Below, one piece after another: positions 29,714 through 38,475 of a DNA stretch of 64,000 nt (position 1 is the stretch's first letter; the number at the start of each line of letters is the position of its first letter). This stretch comes from Polyangiales bacterium (GTDB taxonomy: Bacteria > Myxococcota_A > Polyangia > Polyangiales > JADJQN01): NCBI GenBank assembly GCA_964202905.1, contig CAXNJO010000004.1, positions 64,001 to 128,000 of the forward strand, written 5' to 3'. Made by a program: the position numbers and the translations under genes. A model generated the notes under the pieces. It did not search any database. It was given only the letters and a program-made list of their open reading frames with translations, and had not been told where the DNA came from.

Positions 29714-31126
29714 TCAGCGGTTCATCCGAGACAATTCGTCGTAGAGGTGCACCGCCGCGCGCGTGCCCTTGCGCCAGTCGTCGAGGTTGAGCGACTCGTT
29801 CTCGCCGTGCGCGTTGCAGATGGGGTCCTCGACGCCCATGAGCAGCGCGGGGGCGCCGCCGAGGTGCCGCGCGAAGGGCTCGACGAAGGGGATGGAGCCG
29901 CCGCAGCCGATGTGCACGGCATCGCGCTCGTAGCCCTTCGCGAGGGCGGTGCGCGCGTGCGCGAACGCGGCGTGCGTGGGCTCGGTCACCCACCACTTCG
30001 CGGCGCTCTCGCGCGTCACGGTGACGGAGAGCCCCCACGGCACGCGCGTCTCGAAGTGCTTCACGAGCGCGTCCTGCACCGCGCGCGGGTCCTGGTCGGC
30101 CACGATGCGGACGCTGATGCGGCAGCGCGCGCTCTCGATCAGCTGGTTCGTCGAGCCCGCGACGGCGCGCGCCTCGAGCGCGATCACGGTGACGTTGGGC
30201 TGGTGCCAGATGCGGCCGAAGACGGGCATCTCCGGGTCGCCCGTGAGCGTCGCGCCCGGCACGATGCCGACCTCGTCGCGAAAGGTCGCCTCGTCGTACG
30301 GCAGGGCCGCGAGCGCGGCGCGCTCGGCGTCGGCGAGCGGGCGCACGCCCTCGCGGAGGAAAGGCGCGGGCCGGCCGTGTTCGTCCGTGAGCTCCGCGAT
30401 GGCGCGGCAGAGGGCCATCACCGCGTCGGGCGCGGGGCCGCCGTGCATGCCGCTGTGGATGGGGTGATCGAGGCCGCGCGCTTCGACCTGCACGCCCACG
30501 AGCCCGCGCAGCGAGACGGTCAGCGAGGGCAGCCCGGCCTCGTGGTTCGCCGTGTCGGTGAGGACGATGACGTCGCCCTGCAGCTTCTCGGCGTACTGCG
30601 CGAGGAAGGCGTCGAGGCTCTGCGAGCCCGCCTCCTCTTCGCCCTCGACGATGAGCTTCACGTTGACCGGGAGGCGGCCCGCGCTCTTCAGATACGAGGC
30701 GACGGCCGCGACGTGCACCATCACGCCGGCCTTGTCGTCGACGGCGCCGCGCCCGTAGAGACGACCATCTTCGCGGATGGTGGGCTCGAAGGCCGGCGTC
30801 ACCCACTTCTCCGGGCGGCCGGGCGGCATCACGTCGTGGTGCCCGTAGAGCAGCACCGTCGGCGCGCCCTCGGCGTGGAGCCAGTCGGCGTAGACGTACG
30901 GGTGCCCGCCGGGGAAGTCGATCACCTCGCAGTGCTGGAAGCCCGCGGCCTCGACGAGGTCGCGCAGGGCCTCGGCGCTCCGGCGGACGGGCTCGCTCGG
31001 CGGCGGCTCCGCGCTCACGCCCGGGATGCGGATGAGCGCCTTGAGCTGCTCGAGGTAGACGTCCCAGTGGGACTCGAGGTGGGCGAGGGCGGCGGTGACG
31101 GCGTCGGTCGGGCGCGGGTCGGACAT
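29714..31126 (-). CDS. M20/M25/M40 family metallo-dipeptidase
   Basis: YGHHDV, GRGAVDDK, EGEEE, HSG..GG, GGSIP, AHGENE. Start ATG 31126. Confidence 0.9.
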   Translation of the reverse strand: MSDPRPTDAVTAALAHLESHWDVYLEQLKALIRIPGVSAEPPPSEPVRRSAEALRDLVEAAGFQHCEVIDFPGGHPYVYADWLHAEGAPTVLLYGHHDVMPPGRPEKWVTPAFEPTIREDGRLYGRGAVDDKAGVMVHVAAVASYLKSAGRLPVNVKLIVEGEEEAGSQSLDAFLAQYAEKLQGDVIVLTDTANHEAGLPSLTVSLRGLVGVQVEARGLDHPIHSGMHGGPAPDAVMALCRAIAELTDEHGRPAPFLREGVRPLADAERAALAALPYDEATFRDEVGIVPGATLTGDPEMPVFGRIWHQPNVTVIALEARAVAGSTNQLIESARCRISVRIVADQDPRAVQDALVKHFETRVPWGLSVTVTRESAAKWWVTEPTHAAFAHARTALAKGYERDAVHIGCGGSIPFVEPFARHLGGAPALLMGVEDPICNAHGENESLNLDDWRKGTRAAVHLYDELSRMNR

Positions 31127-31197
31127 CGCGGCGACGTATAGCAAACACGCGCCCGGGGCACGGCCGGTTTTCCGCGCGCGGGCGCGAGGCGGTGCTG

Positions 31198-32391
31198 TCA
31201 GCGCTCGGGCTGCGTCGAGGGCGCGGGGCGCGCCGCGCCGCGGGCGGGTAGCGGCGAGAGGCGGCTCATCTTGCCGACACGCAAGCGCACGCCGCGCCAC
31301 TCGACGGTGCGCGCGACGGCGGCGTACGGCCAAACCGCGGCCATCATCAGATCCTTCAGCGGCGCGAGCGCGAGGTGCCGCGCGTGCATGCCGTGGCCGC
31401 GCGTCCGCCGCATCAGGAAGATGTCGAGCGCGACCTTCATGGCCACGATCCCCGCGAAGACGGCGAGGGGTAGCGGCCGGAAGCCCGCGAGCGCGACACC
31501 GACGAGCCCCACAGCGACGGGATTGCCGAACAGATCCCCGCAGAACGCGGGGACGTGGATGACGGCGCGCATCTGGAGCCAGCGCGCGTGCCGCGAGAGG
31601 AAGCGGTCGACCGACGCGCGCACGTTCACGTTCTCGACGGTCGTCGTCGAGAGGATCACGCGGCGCCCGGCCTGCGCATACGCCTGGCCGATCAGGTAGT
31701 CCTCGGTGAGGTGATCCTTGAAGGCGGCGAGCCCGCCCACCGTCGCGAGCTCGCTCTTGCGGAGCAGCATCGACTTGCCGATGACGCACGTGACGCCCGC
31801 GACGTGGAGCGCGAAGCACGTCGCGGGGGCGATCCACGCGGAGAGCTGGAGGTTCTCGAGGGCGGCGCCGACGCTCTCTTCGCCCGCGCCGACGACCATC
31901 GAGGAGAGCAGCGCGCCGTCCTCCGCGAGCAGCTCGCCGACGATGCGCCGCAGGTAGTCGGGGCGCACGCGCACGTTCGCGTCGGACTGCAGGACGAGGT
32001 CGTGCGCGGAGGCGTCGAGCGCGGCGGCGAGGTTCGAAAGCTTCGGGTTCAGACCGTAGTTCGGGTCGGAAAGCACGAAGCGCACACGCCGCTCGGGGTA
32101 CTGCTGCGCGAGCTCTTGGGCGGCGGCGAGGCCGGGGTCGTCGGCGTCCGCCGTCGCGAAGACGATCTCGAGTTCGCCCGGATAGTCCTGCGCGAAGAAC
32201 GAGCGCAGGTTCGCGCGCAGGTCTTCTTCGTCGCCCTTGATCGGCTTGAGCAGCGAGAGGGCGGGCCAGGGGCCGTCCCACGCGCGCGGCGAGCGCGCGG
32301 TGTGCCGCAGCGTCGCCCACACGCCGACCGCGAAGAAGATCAGCGCCGCGAAGGAGGCGCAGAGCAGCGACCACGCGGCGACGTCAAGCAC
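31198..32391 (-). CDS. GT21-type glycosyltransferase (ceramide glucosyltransferase/HpnI-like)
   Basis: N-terminal TM, SLLKPIKG, NPKLSNL, SDANV, GKSM, TEDY, RHARW, VEWRG. Confidence 0.82.
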   Translation of the reverse strand: MLDVAAWSLLCASFAALIFFAVGVWATLRHTARSPRAWDGPWPALSLLKPIKGDEEDLRANLRSFFAQDYPGELEIVFATADADDPGLAAAQELAQQYPERRVRFVLSDPNYGLNPKLSNLAAALDASAHDLVLQSDANVRVRPDYLRRIVGELLAEDGALLSSMVVGAGEESVGAALENLQLSAWIAPATCFALHVAGVTCVIGKSMLLRKSELATVGGLAAFKDHLTEDYLIGQAYAQAGRRVILSTTTVENVNVRASVDRFLSRHARWLQMRAVIHVPAFCGDLFGNPVAVGLVGVALAGFRPLPLAVFAGIVAMKVALDIFLMRRTRGHGMHARHLALAPLKDLMMAAVWPYAAVARTVEWRGVRLRVGKMSRLSPLPARGAARPAPSTQPER

Positions 32392-32447
32392 GGCGCGCGG
32401 ACGATGTCACGGCGCACCGCAGCGACGCAACGGCGCGCCTGGCCGCG

Positions 32448-32657
32448 TCAGCCGACGTCGTCGAGCGCGAGAGAGGCGAGCGCGAGCGCACGCGCCTCCA
32501 CGAGCTCGGACTCCGACTCGGGGACGCGCGCGTACGCGGCTTCGTATTCAGCGATGCGCGCATCGCGCGAACGGGAAGTGGGCTGTGCGTGTACCTCAGG
32601 CGCGGCTGCGACACCGCGGCGCGACGAAGCGTGGTTTCGGGGAGCGCGGGGCTTCAC
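32448..32657 (-). CDS. Small hypothetical protein, possibly an antitoxin-like remnant
   Basis: GTG start overlaps the upstream stop (GTGA at 32654-32657); helical acidic C-terminus RDARIAEYEAAYARVPESESELVEARALALASL. Confidence 0.4.
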   Translation of the reverse strand: MKPRAPRNHASSRRGVAAAPEVHAQPTSRSRDARIAEYEAAYARVPESESELVEARALALASLALDDVG

Positions 32658-33154
32658 GGACACGCGTTCCTGCACGCGCGATGCTCAGCGTCGCAGGCGG
32701 CGCGGCAGGGGGGCGGGTCGGCGTCGTCGCAGCGCGCGGCGCACGAGGCGAAGCGCGGGCCGCACACGGCGGCACAGCCCGTCGCGCCTTCGTCGCGCGG
32801 TGCGGCGGGCGTCGCGGTATCGGTCGTCGATGCCTCGGGCGAGCCTTCTGCGTCGGAGGTGGGCGCGTCTGTGGCGAAGAGCGGCTCGGCGGGCGCGCCG
32901 TCCGCACGCAGGCGGGCGCGGGCGTACTGCACGCGTTCGGGGGGCTGACCTTGCGTGTAATGCGCGAGCCACGCGTCCCAGCAGGCGCGGCGCTCCGCGG
33001 GGACGACGCGCGCGTCGAAGTCGGCGGCGTAGCAACGCTCGAAATACGCGCGGCTCCGGTGCACCATGCGCAGGCTCGGGGCGCACCCCGCGAGGCCTGC
33101 CATGAGCAGCCCCGCCGCGAGCATCCCGGACCCCCACCGCGCGAGGCGAACCAT
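32654..33154 (-). CDS. Hypothetical Cys-rich lipoprotein
   Basis: LLMAGLAGC lipobox; C-terminal CxxxC array; TGCTATCGT box 8 nt upstream of ATG 33154. Confidence 0.7.
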   Translation of the reverse strand: MVRLARWGSGMLAAGLLMAGLAGCAPSLRMVHRSRAYFERCYAADFDARVVPAERRACWDAWLAHYTQGQPPERVQYARARLRADGAPAEPLFATDAPTSDAEGSPEASTTDTATPAAPRDEGATGCAAVCGPRFASCAARCDDADPPPCRAACDAEHRACRNACP

Positions 33155-33707
33155 GCGACGCGACGATAGCACCGACGACGCGCCCCTCGACGCGCCGCGC
33201 GTCCTCGGTCGCAGTGCGCTCCGCGTCGCGGGGCTCGGCACGATCGTCGTCGCGTGGAGCGCGCGCGGCGTGACGACGCTCGATCTCGTCGACGATGCGG
33301 ACGCGGCCGGCGCGGCCGACGCGCTGCCTGCGCAGCTTCGCGCGGTGCTCGAGGCGTACGTCGTCGGGGCGCCCGTCGATCCGGCGCGCGAGCTCGCGGT
33401 CGACCTCGTCGGCACGCCGTTTCAGCGCGCGGTGTGGCGCGCGCTCCGCACGATCCCGCGCGGGACGGTCCGCACCTACGCGTCGATCGCGCAGGACGTG
33501 GGCTCGCCGCGGGGCATGCGCGCCGTGGGCCTCGCGGCGGGTGCGAACCCCGTCGCCATCCTCGTGCCGTGCCACCGCGTCGTCGCGCACGGGCTCGAGC
33601 TCGGCGGCTTCCGCGCGGGGCTTGGGCGCAAGATCTGGCTGCTCGAGCGCGAGGGCGCGAGGGTGAGCGGCGGTCGCGTCGCGCCGGGGCAGCTCGGCCT
33701 GCTCTGA
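33153..33707 (+). CDS. ogt: Methylated-DNA--protein-cysteine methyltransferase
   Basis: GTPFQRAVW..L.TIP.G..TY, RAVG.A...NP, active site PCHRV. Confidence 0.92.
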   Translation: MRRDDSTDDAPLDAPRVLGRSALRVAGLGTIVVAWSARGVTTLDLVDDADAAGAADALPAQLRAVLEAYVVGAPVDPARELAVDLVGTPFQRAVWRALRTIPRGTVRTYASIAQDVGSPRGMRAVGLAAGANPVAILVPCHRVVAHGLELGGFRAGLGRKIWLLEREGARVSGGRVAPGQLGLL

Positions 33708-33789
33708 GGGCTGCCGTGCGCGAATCATCCTGAAAATCAAGGACGCGCGGCCATCACGGTGCGCGCGCCCGAGTCGAGTGAATGGCGGT

Positions 33790-36597
33790 TCAGCCGAGCC
33801 GCTGCTGCGAGCGCACGAGCTGCTCGCGCTGCTCCGAGAGCTCCGCCCGGCGTGCCCGCTCCTTCGCGACGACGTCGGCGGGGGCGCGCGCGACGAAGCC
33901 CTCGTTGTCGAGCTTCTTCGCGATGGCGGCGAGCTCCTTGTCGAGCTTGCCGATCTCGCGGTCGAGGCGCGCGCGCTCCTTCGCGAGATCGACGACGCCG
34001 TGCACGAGCACGCGGCAGCCGGCGGCGACCGCGACGGCGGTGTCGACGGCCGCGTCGCGCGGCGCGCCCGGCGGGGTGACGGTGAGATCACCGTTCGTCA
34101 CCGCACCGGCGAGCGCGCCGAGCCCGGCGGCCCACGTGGCGTGCACCGCGGCGTCGGGCGGCTCGAGCGTCAGCGCGACGCGGCGCGCGGGCGAGACGTC
34201 GTTCTCCGCGCGCACCTGACGCACCGCGACGATGACCTGCTGCAGCGCCGTGAGCGCCTCTTCGGCGGCCTCGTCGCGCAGGCCCTCGCGCCCCGCGACG
34301 GGGTAGGGCGCGACGATGCACGCCGCGGCGTGCCCGGGCGCCTTCGGCAGGCGCGCCCAGAGCTCTTCGGTGACGAAGGGCATCATCGGGTGCAGCGCGC
34401 GCACCGAGCTCTCGAGCACGTGCACGAGCACCGCGCGCGTCTCCGCGACGAGGGCCGCGTCGTCCGACTGCAGCAGCGGCTTGCTCAGCTCGAGATACCA
34501 GTCGCAGAGCTCGTCCCAGACGAAGTGGTAGAGCGCGCCGGAGGCGTCGTCGAAGCGGTAGTCGGCGAGCCCCTGTTCGGCCGCCGCGAGGGCTGCGTCG
34601 AGGCGCGAGAGCACCCAGCGGTTCGGCAGCGCGGTCGCCGCGGGGCGCGTCCCGGTCGCGACGGCGCCGCTCCCCGCGAGGCGGCCGAGCGCGTAGCGCG
34701 TCGCGTTCCAGAGCTTGTTCGCGAAGTTGCGGTAGCCCTCGATGCGCTTGATCGAGAGCGCGATCTTGCGCTGGGCGGGCGCGTAGCTGAGCAGCGTCAT
34801 GCGGAGCGCGTCGGCGCCGTAGGCCGCGAAGCCCTCGGGATACGTCTTCCGCAGATAGTCGAGCCCGGCGGGCTTCGCGCCGCCCGCGGCGGCCTTCTCG
34901 AGGAGCGCGTCGAGCGTCGCGCCGCCGAGTACGTCGATCGGGTCGACGACGTTGCCCTTCACCTTCGACATCTTTTCGCCGCGCTCGTCGGTGACGAGCC
35001 CCGCGAGCAGCACGCGACGGAAGGGCACGTCCCCCATCACCTTCAGGCCCATCACGATCATCCGCGCGACCCAGAAGAAGAGGATGTCGAAGCCCGTCTC
35101 GAGGTCCGACGTCGGGTAGTAGCGGGCGAGATCGGGTGTCTGCTCGGGCCAGCCGAGCGTCGCGAACGGCCAGAGCGCGCTCGAGAACCACGTGTCGAGC
35201 ACGTCCGGGTCCTGCGTCAGCGCGGTGCCGCCGCACTTCGCGCACGCCGTGGGCGCCTCGCGCGCGACGTTCACGTGCTGGCATGCGTCGCAGTACCAGG
35301 CCGGGATGTCGTGGCCCCACCAGAGCTGCCGCGAGACGCACCAGTCCTGGATGTTCCGCATCCAGTGGAAGTACGTCTTCGTCCACTCCTCGGGCAGGAT
35401 CTGCACGCGGCCCTGCTCGACGGCCTCGATCGCGGGGCCCGCGAGCGGCTCCATCTTCACGAACCACTGCGTCGAGATCATCGGCTCGACGACGGTGCCC
35501 GAGCGCTGCGAGCGCGGCAGCGTCATCACGTGCGGCTTGCTGCCCCGCGCGAGGCCGACCTCGTCGAGGCGTGCCTTGACCTGCTTGCGCGCCGCGAAGC
35601 GATCGAGGCCCGTGAACTCGCCGCACACGTCGGTCATCTTCCCGTCGAGGCCGATCACGCCGAGCTCCTCGAGCCCGTGGCGCTTGCCCGTCGCGAAGTC
35701 GCGCGGATCGTGGGCCGGCGTGACCTTCACGACCCCGGTGCCGAAGGCCATGTCAACGAGCTCGCCATCGCAGATGATGGGGATGCGCCGGGTGACGAAC
35801 GGGTGCGTGACGAAGCGGCCGTGCAGGTGTGCGTAGCGGGCATCGTCCGGGTGGATCGCGACGGCGGTGTCGCCGAGCATCGTCTCCGGGCGCGTGGTCG
35901 CGACGACGACCTCGCCGCCGCCCTCGACCTCGTACGCGAACTCGAAGAGCTCGCCCTGCACGTTCTCCTCGGTCTCGACCTCGAGATCCGAGAGCACCGT
36001 GCGCGTCTCGACGTCCCAGTTCACGAGGCGCGTCGCGCGGTACATGAGCCCCTCTTCGTAGAGGCGCACGAAGACCTCGCGGACGGCGCGCGAGTAGCCC
36101 TCGTCCATCGTGAAGCGCGTGCGCTCCCAGTCGCACGAGGCGCCGAGCTTGCGCTGCTGCAGCAGGATGCGGTCGCCCGACTGCTGCTTCCACTGCCAGA
36201 CGCGCTCGAGGAAGCGCGCGCGGCCGAGGTCGTGGCGCGTCTTGCCCTCGGCCTTGAGCAGGCGCTCGACGACCACCTGCGTGGCGATGCCCGCGTGATC
36301 GATGCCGGGGATCCACAGCGTGTCGAAGCCGGACATGCGCTTGTGGCGGATGAGCACGTCCTCGAAGGTCACGCGGCACGCGTGGCCCATGTGCAGCGAG
36401 CCCGTGACGTTGGGCGGCGGGATCGCGACGACGTACGTGGGGCGCGGGTCGCCGGGCTTGCCCGTCGCGCGGAAGAGGCCGCTCTGCTCCCAGACGTCGT
36501 ACCAGCGCGGCTCGGTCTCGCGCGGGTCGTAGGCCTTCGGCATCTCGCCGGAGGTGTCGTCGGAAATAGGCTGGTTCGAGGTATCCGTCGTGCTCAT
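33790..36597 (-). CDS. valS: Valine--tRNA ligase
   Basis: PPPNVTGSLHMGH, DHAGIATQ, WCVSRQLWWGH, DTWFSS, KMSK, C-terminal coiled coil. Confidence 0.97.
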   Translation of the reverse strand: MSTTDTSNQPISDDTSGEMPKAYDPRETEPRWYDVWEQSGLFRATGKPGDPRPTYVVAIPPPNVTGSLHMGHACRVTFEDVLIRHKRMSGFDTLWIPGIDHAGIATQVVVERLLKAEGKTRHDLGRARFLERVWQWKQQSGDRILLQQRKLGASCDWERTRFTMDEGYSRAVREVFVRLYEEGLMYRATRLVNWDVETRTVLSDLEVETEENVQGELFEFAYEVEGGGEVVVATTRPETMLGDTAVAIHPDDARYAHLHGRFVTHPFVTRRIPIICDGELVDMAFGTGVVKVTPAHDPRDFATGKRHGLEELGVIGLDGKMTDVCGEFTGLDRFAARKQVKARLDEVGLARGSKPHVMTLPRSQRSGTVVEPMISTQWFVKMEPLAGPAIEAVEQGRVQILPEEWTKTYFHWMRNIQDWCVSRQLWWGHDIPAWYCDACQHVNVAREAPTACAKCGGTALTQDPDVLDTWFSSALWPFATLGWPEQTPDLARYYPTSDLETGFDILFFWVARMIVMGLKVMGDVPFRRVLLAGLVTDERGEKMSKVKGNVVDPIDVLGGATLDALLEKAAAGGAKPAGLDYLRKTYPEGFAAYGADALRMTLLSYAPAQRKIALSIKRIEGYRNFANKLWNATRYALGRLAGSGAVATGTRPAATALPNRWVLSRLDAALAAAEQGLADYRFDDASGALYHFVWDELCDWYLELSKPLLQSDDAALVAETRAVLVHVLESSVRALHPMMPFVTEELWARLPKAPGHAAACIVAPYPVAGREGLRDEAAEEALTALQQVIVAVRQVRAENDVSPARRVALTLEPPDAAVHATWAAGLGALAGAVTNGDLTVTPPGAPRDAAVDTAVAVAAGCRVLVHGVVDLAKERARLDREIGKLDKELAAIAKKLDNEGFVARAPADVVAKERARRAELSEQREQLVRSQQRLG

Positions 36598-36673
36598 GGG
36601 GGGCGCAGATGTAGCATGCGCCCGCGCTCGAACGACACCGCGCGGCGCCCCGCTGCGCGCGCTGCGGAGGGCT

Positions 36674-37648
36674 TCAGCCCGCGGCCGTGAGCCGCTTGAT
36701 CTCTTCGCGGATGATCGTCTCCGCGAGCTCCGGGACGACCTCCCAGACCACGCGCTCGACGACCTCGCGCGACAGCGCGAGCACGGCCTCGGCCTGCTGC
36801 GCCGTCAGCCCGAGCGCCGCCAGCTTGCCCGACATCGCTGCCGCAACGGCCGCCGAGGCGGGGCTCTCCTGCGGCGCGGGGGCTGCGGTGGCCGGGGGCG
36901 CTGCGTCCATCGGCGCTGCGACCATCGGCGCAGCGGCAGTCGGCGCAGCGGGCGCCGAGACGACGAGGGCCACCGGCGCGGGCACAGCGACGGAGCCCGA
37001 CGTGACGGTCTCGGTTGCCGGGGGCTGCGCGATGGCCGCGGGCACGGGTACGCGCGGCGCGGCCGGGGTCGACGGCGGCGTGATCGGCGGCGAGCCGAAC
37101 GCGACCGTCGTGCGCGGCACGCCCGCGCGCGGCGCGACGACGCCGGGGGGCGAAGGCGGGGTGAAGGGAGCGGCCTGCGTGAGGGGCACAGCCGCAGATG
37201 GCGCGACCGGCCGCGGACCGACGGACGACGCGTCGCGGTAGGGGTGCGGCGGCGCGACGCCGCTGACCGTGCTCGCCGCCGTGCTGCGCGGGGCGCCCGC
37301 GAGGCGGTGAATGCGGTCGATCACGCCCTGCGTGTCGAAGGGCTTCACGATGTGGTCGTCGACGCCGGCCTCGCGGCCCTTCGCCTCGTCGTACGGCGTG
37401 TGCTGGCTCGCCATCACGACGACCGCGGTGCCCGCGAGCCCCGACTTGATCGCGCGGGCGACCTCGTAGCCGTCCATCTCCATGGAGAGGTCCGCGATGA
37501 CCACGTCGGGGCGTAGATCGAGCGCCTTCTCGAGGGCCGCTGCGCCGCCGTCGACCGTGACGACGCGCGCGTCCTCGCCGGCGAAGGTCATCTCCAGGAT
37601 GCTGCGCATGGTCGCGCTGTCGTCGGCGACCAGGATCGTGACCGGCAC
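36674..37648 (-). CDS. romR: RomR-like polarity response regulator (receiver, Pro/Ala linker, Glu-rich C-terminal domain)
   Basis: ILVADDS..IAD..KPF receiver; C-terminal SREVVERVVWEVVPELAETIIREEIKRL; directly upstream of valS; AAGGAGG Shine-Dalgarno before GTG 37648. Confidence 0.82.
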   Translation of the reverse strand: MPVTILVADDSATMRSILEMTFAGEDARVVTVDGGAAALEKALDLRPDVVIADLSMEMDGYEVARAIKSGLAGTAVVVMASQHTPYDEAKGREAGVDDHIVKPFDTQGVIDRIHRLAGAPRSTAASTVSGVAPPHPYRDASSVGPRPVAPSAAVPLTQAAPFTPPSPPGVVAPRAGVPRTTVAFGSPPITPPSTPAAPRVPVPAAIAQPPATETVTSGSVAVPAPVALVVSAPAAPTAAAPMVAAPMDAAPPATAAPAPQESPASAAVAAAMSGKLAALGLTAQQAEAVLALSREVVERVVWEVVPELAETIIREEIKRLTAAG

Positions 37649-37685
37649 TCGAGGCCTCCTTGGTGGGGCGGGCGCGCCCCGGACG

Positions 37686-37714
37686 TGGATACGTGAGCGC
37701 GCCGCGAGGGTCAA
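37686..37714 (-). promoter_or_regulatory. Sigma70-type promoter for romR(-valS)
   Basis: TTGACC-N17-TATCCA with an AT-rich AAATTC immediately upstream. Confidence 0.6.
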
Positions 37715-37776
37715 GAATTTCAGCGCGTCGCGGCCGTGGCGGGGCACGCCCCCGGCGTGCTATCCGCGTCGGCCTG

Positions 37777-38421
37777 ATGTCGCCCGACACTCCGCCCGCG
37801 CGCACAACCCCTCCACCGATCCGCTACCAGGACATGGCCCCCGCGTTTCCCGAGGGGGAGATCGACCTGGGCGCGCTGCTGCCGGGCGACGGCCCGCTGG
37901 AGCTGGAGATCGGCTTCGGGCGCGGGGCCTTCCTCCTCGGGCGCGCGGTCGCGGCCCCGGGGTCGCGCGTCCTTGGCGTCGAGATCAAGAGCAAATGGGC
38001 GTATCTCGTGGAGCAGCGCCGCATCCGGCTCGGCCTCGGGAATGCGCGCGCGTTCGGTGCCGACATCCGCGAGGTGCTCCCGCGCCTCCGGCCTGACGCC
38101 TCGCTCGCGCGCGTCTTCGTGCACTTCCCGGACCCTTGGTGGAAGAAGCGCCACGCCAAGCGCCGCGTGCTCGAGGACACGCTGTTGACCGAGTGCGCGC
38201 GGCTCCTCGCGCCCGGTACCGGCGAGCTGTTCGTCCAGACCGACGTCGAGGACCGCGCCGCCGAGCTCGTCGCGCTGATCCGTGAGACGCCGTCGTTCCG
38301 GCTCGCAGGCGACGCGCAGGGGCTCGTCGCGGCGAATCCCTACGGCGCCCGGAGCAACCGCGAGGCGCGCGCCGCGCTCGACGGGCTGCCGGTATACCGG
38401 GTGCTCGCGGTGCGCGTGTAG
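37777..38421 (+). CDS. trmB: tRNA (guanine-N7)-methyltransferase
   Basis: LEIGFGRG, GVEI, FPDPWWKKRH.KRR, QTD. Confidence 0.9.
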   Translation: MSPDTPPARTTPPPIRYQDMAPAFPEGEIDLGALLPGDGPLELEIGFGRGAFLLGRAVAAPGSRVLGVEIKSKWAYLVEQRRIRLGLGNARAFGADIREVLPRLRPDASLARVFVHFPDPWWKKRHAKRRVLEDTLLTECARLLAPGTGELFVQTDVEDRAAELVALIRETPSFRLAGDAQGLVAANPYGARSNREARAALDGLPVYRVLAVRV

Positions 38422-38475
38422 CGCGGGCCCCGTGGCGCGCCTCCGCGCGCGCCGTGCGTCGTCACGCGCGCCGCG

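Noticed and set aside
26821..29790. 989-aa ORF as a novel 5'-exonuclease fusion
   Set aside because: The C-terminal part is the out-of-frame reading of the polA Klenow region after the frameshift.
29714..32374. 886-aa ORF as a single protein
   Set aside because: The N-terminal ~416 codons are an alternate frame of the glycosyltransferase gene. The peptidase starts at 31126.
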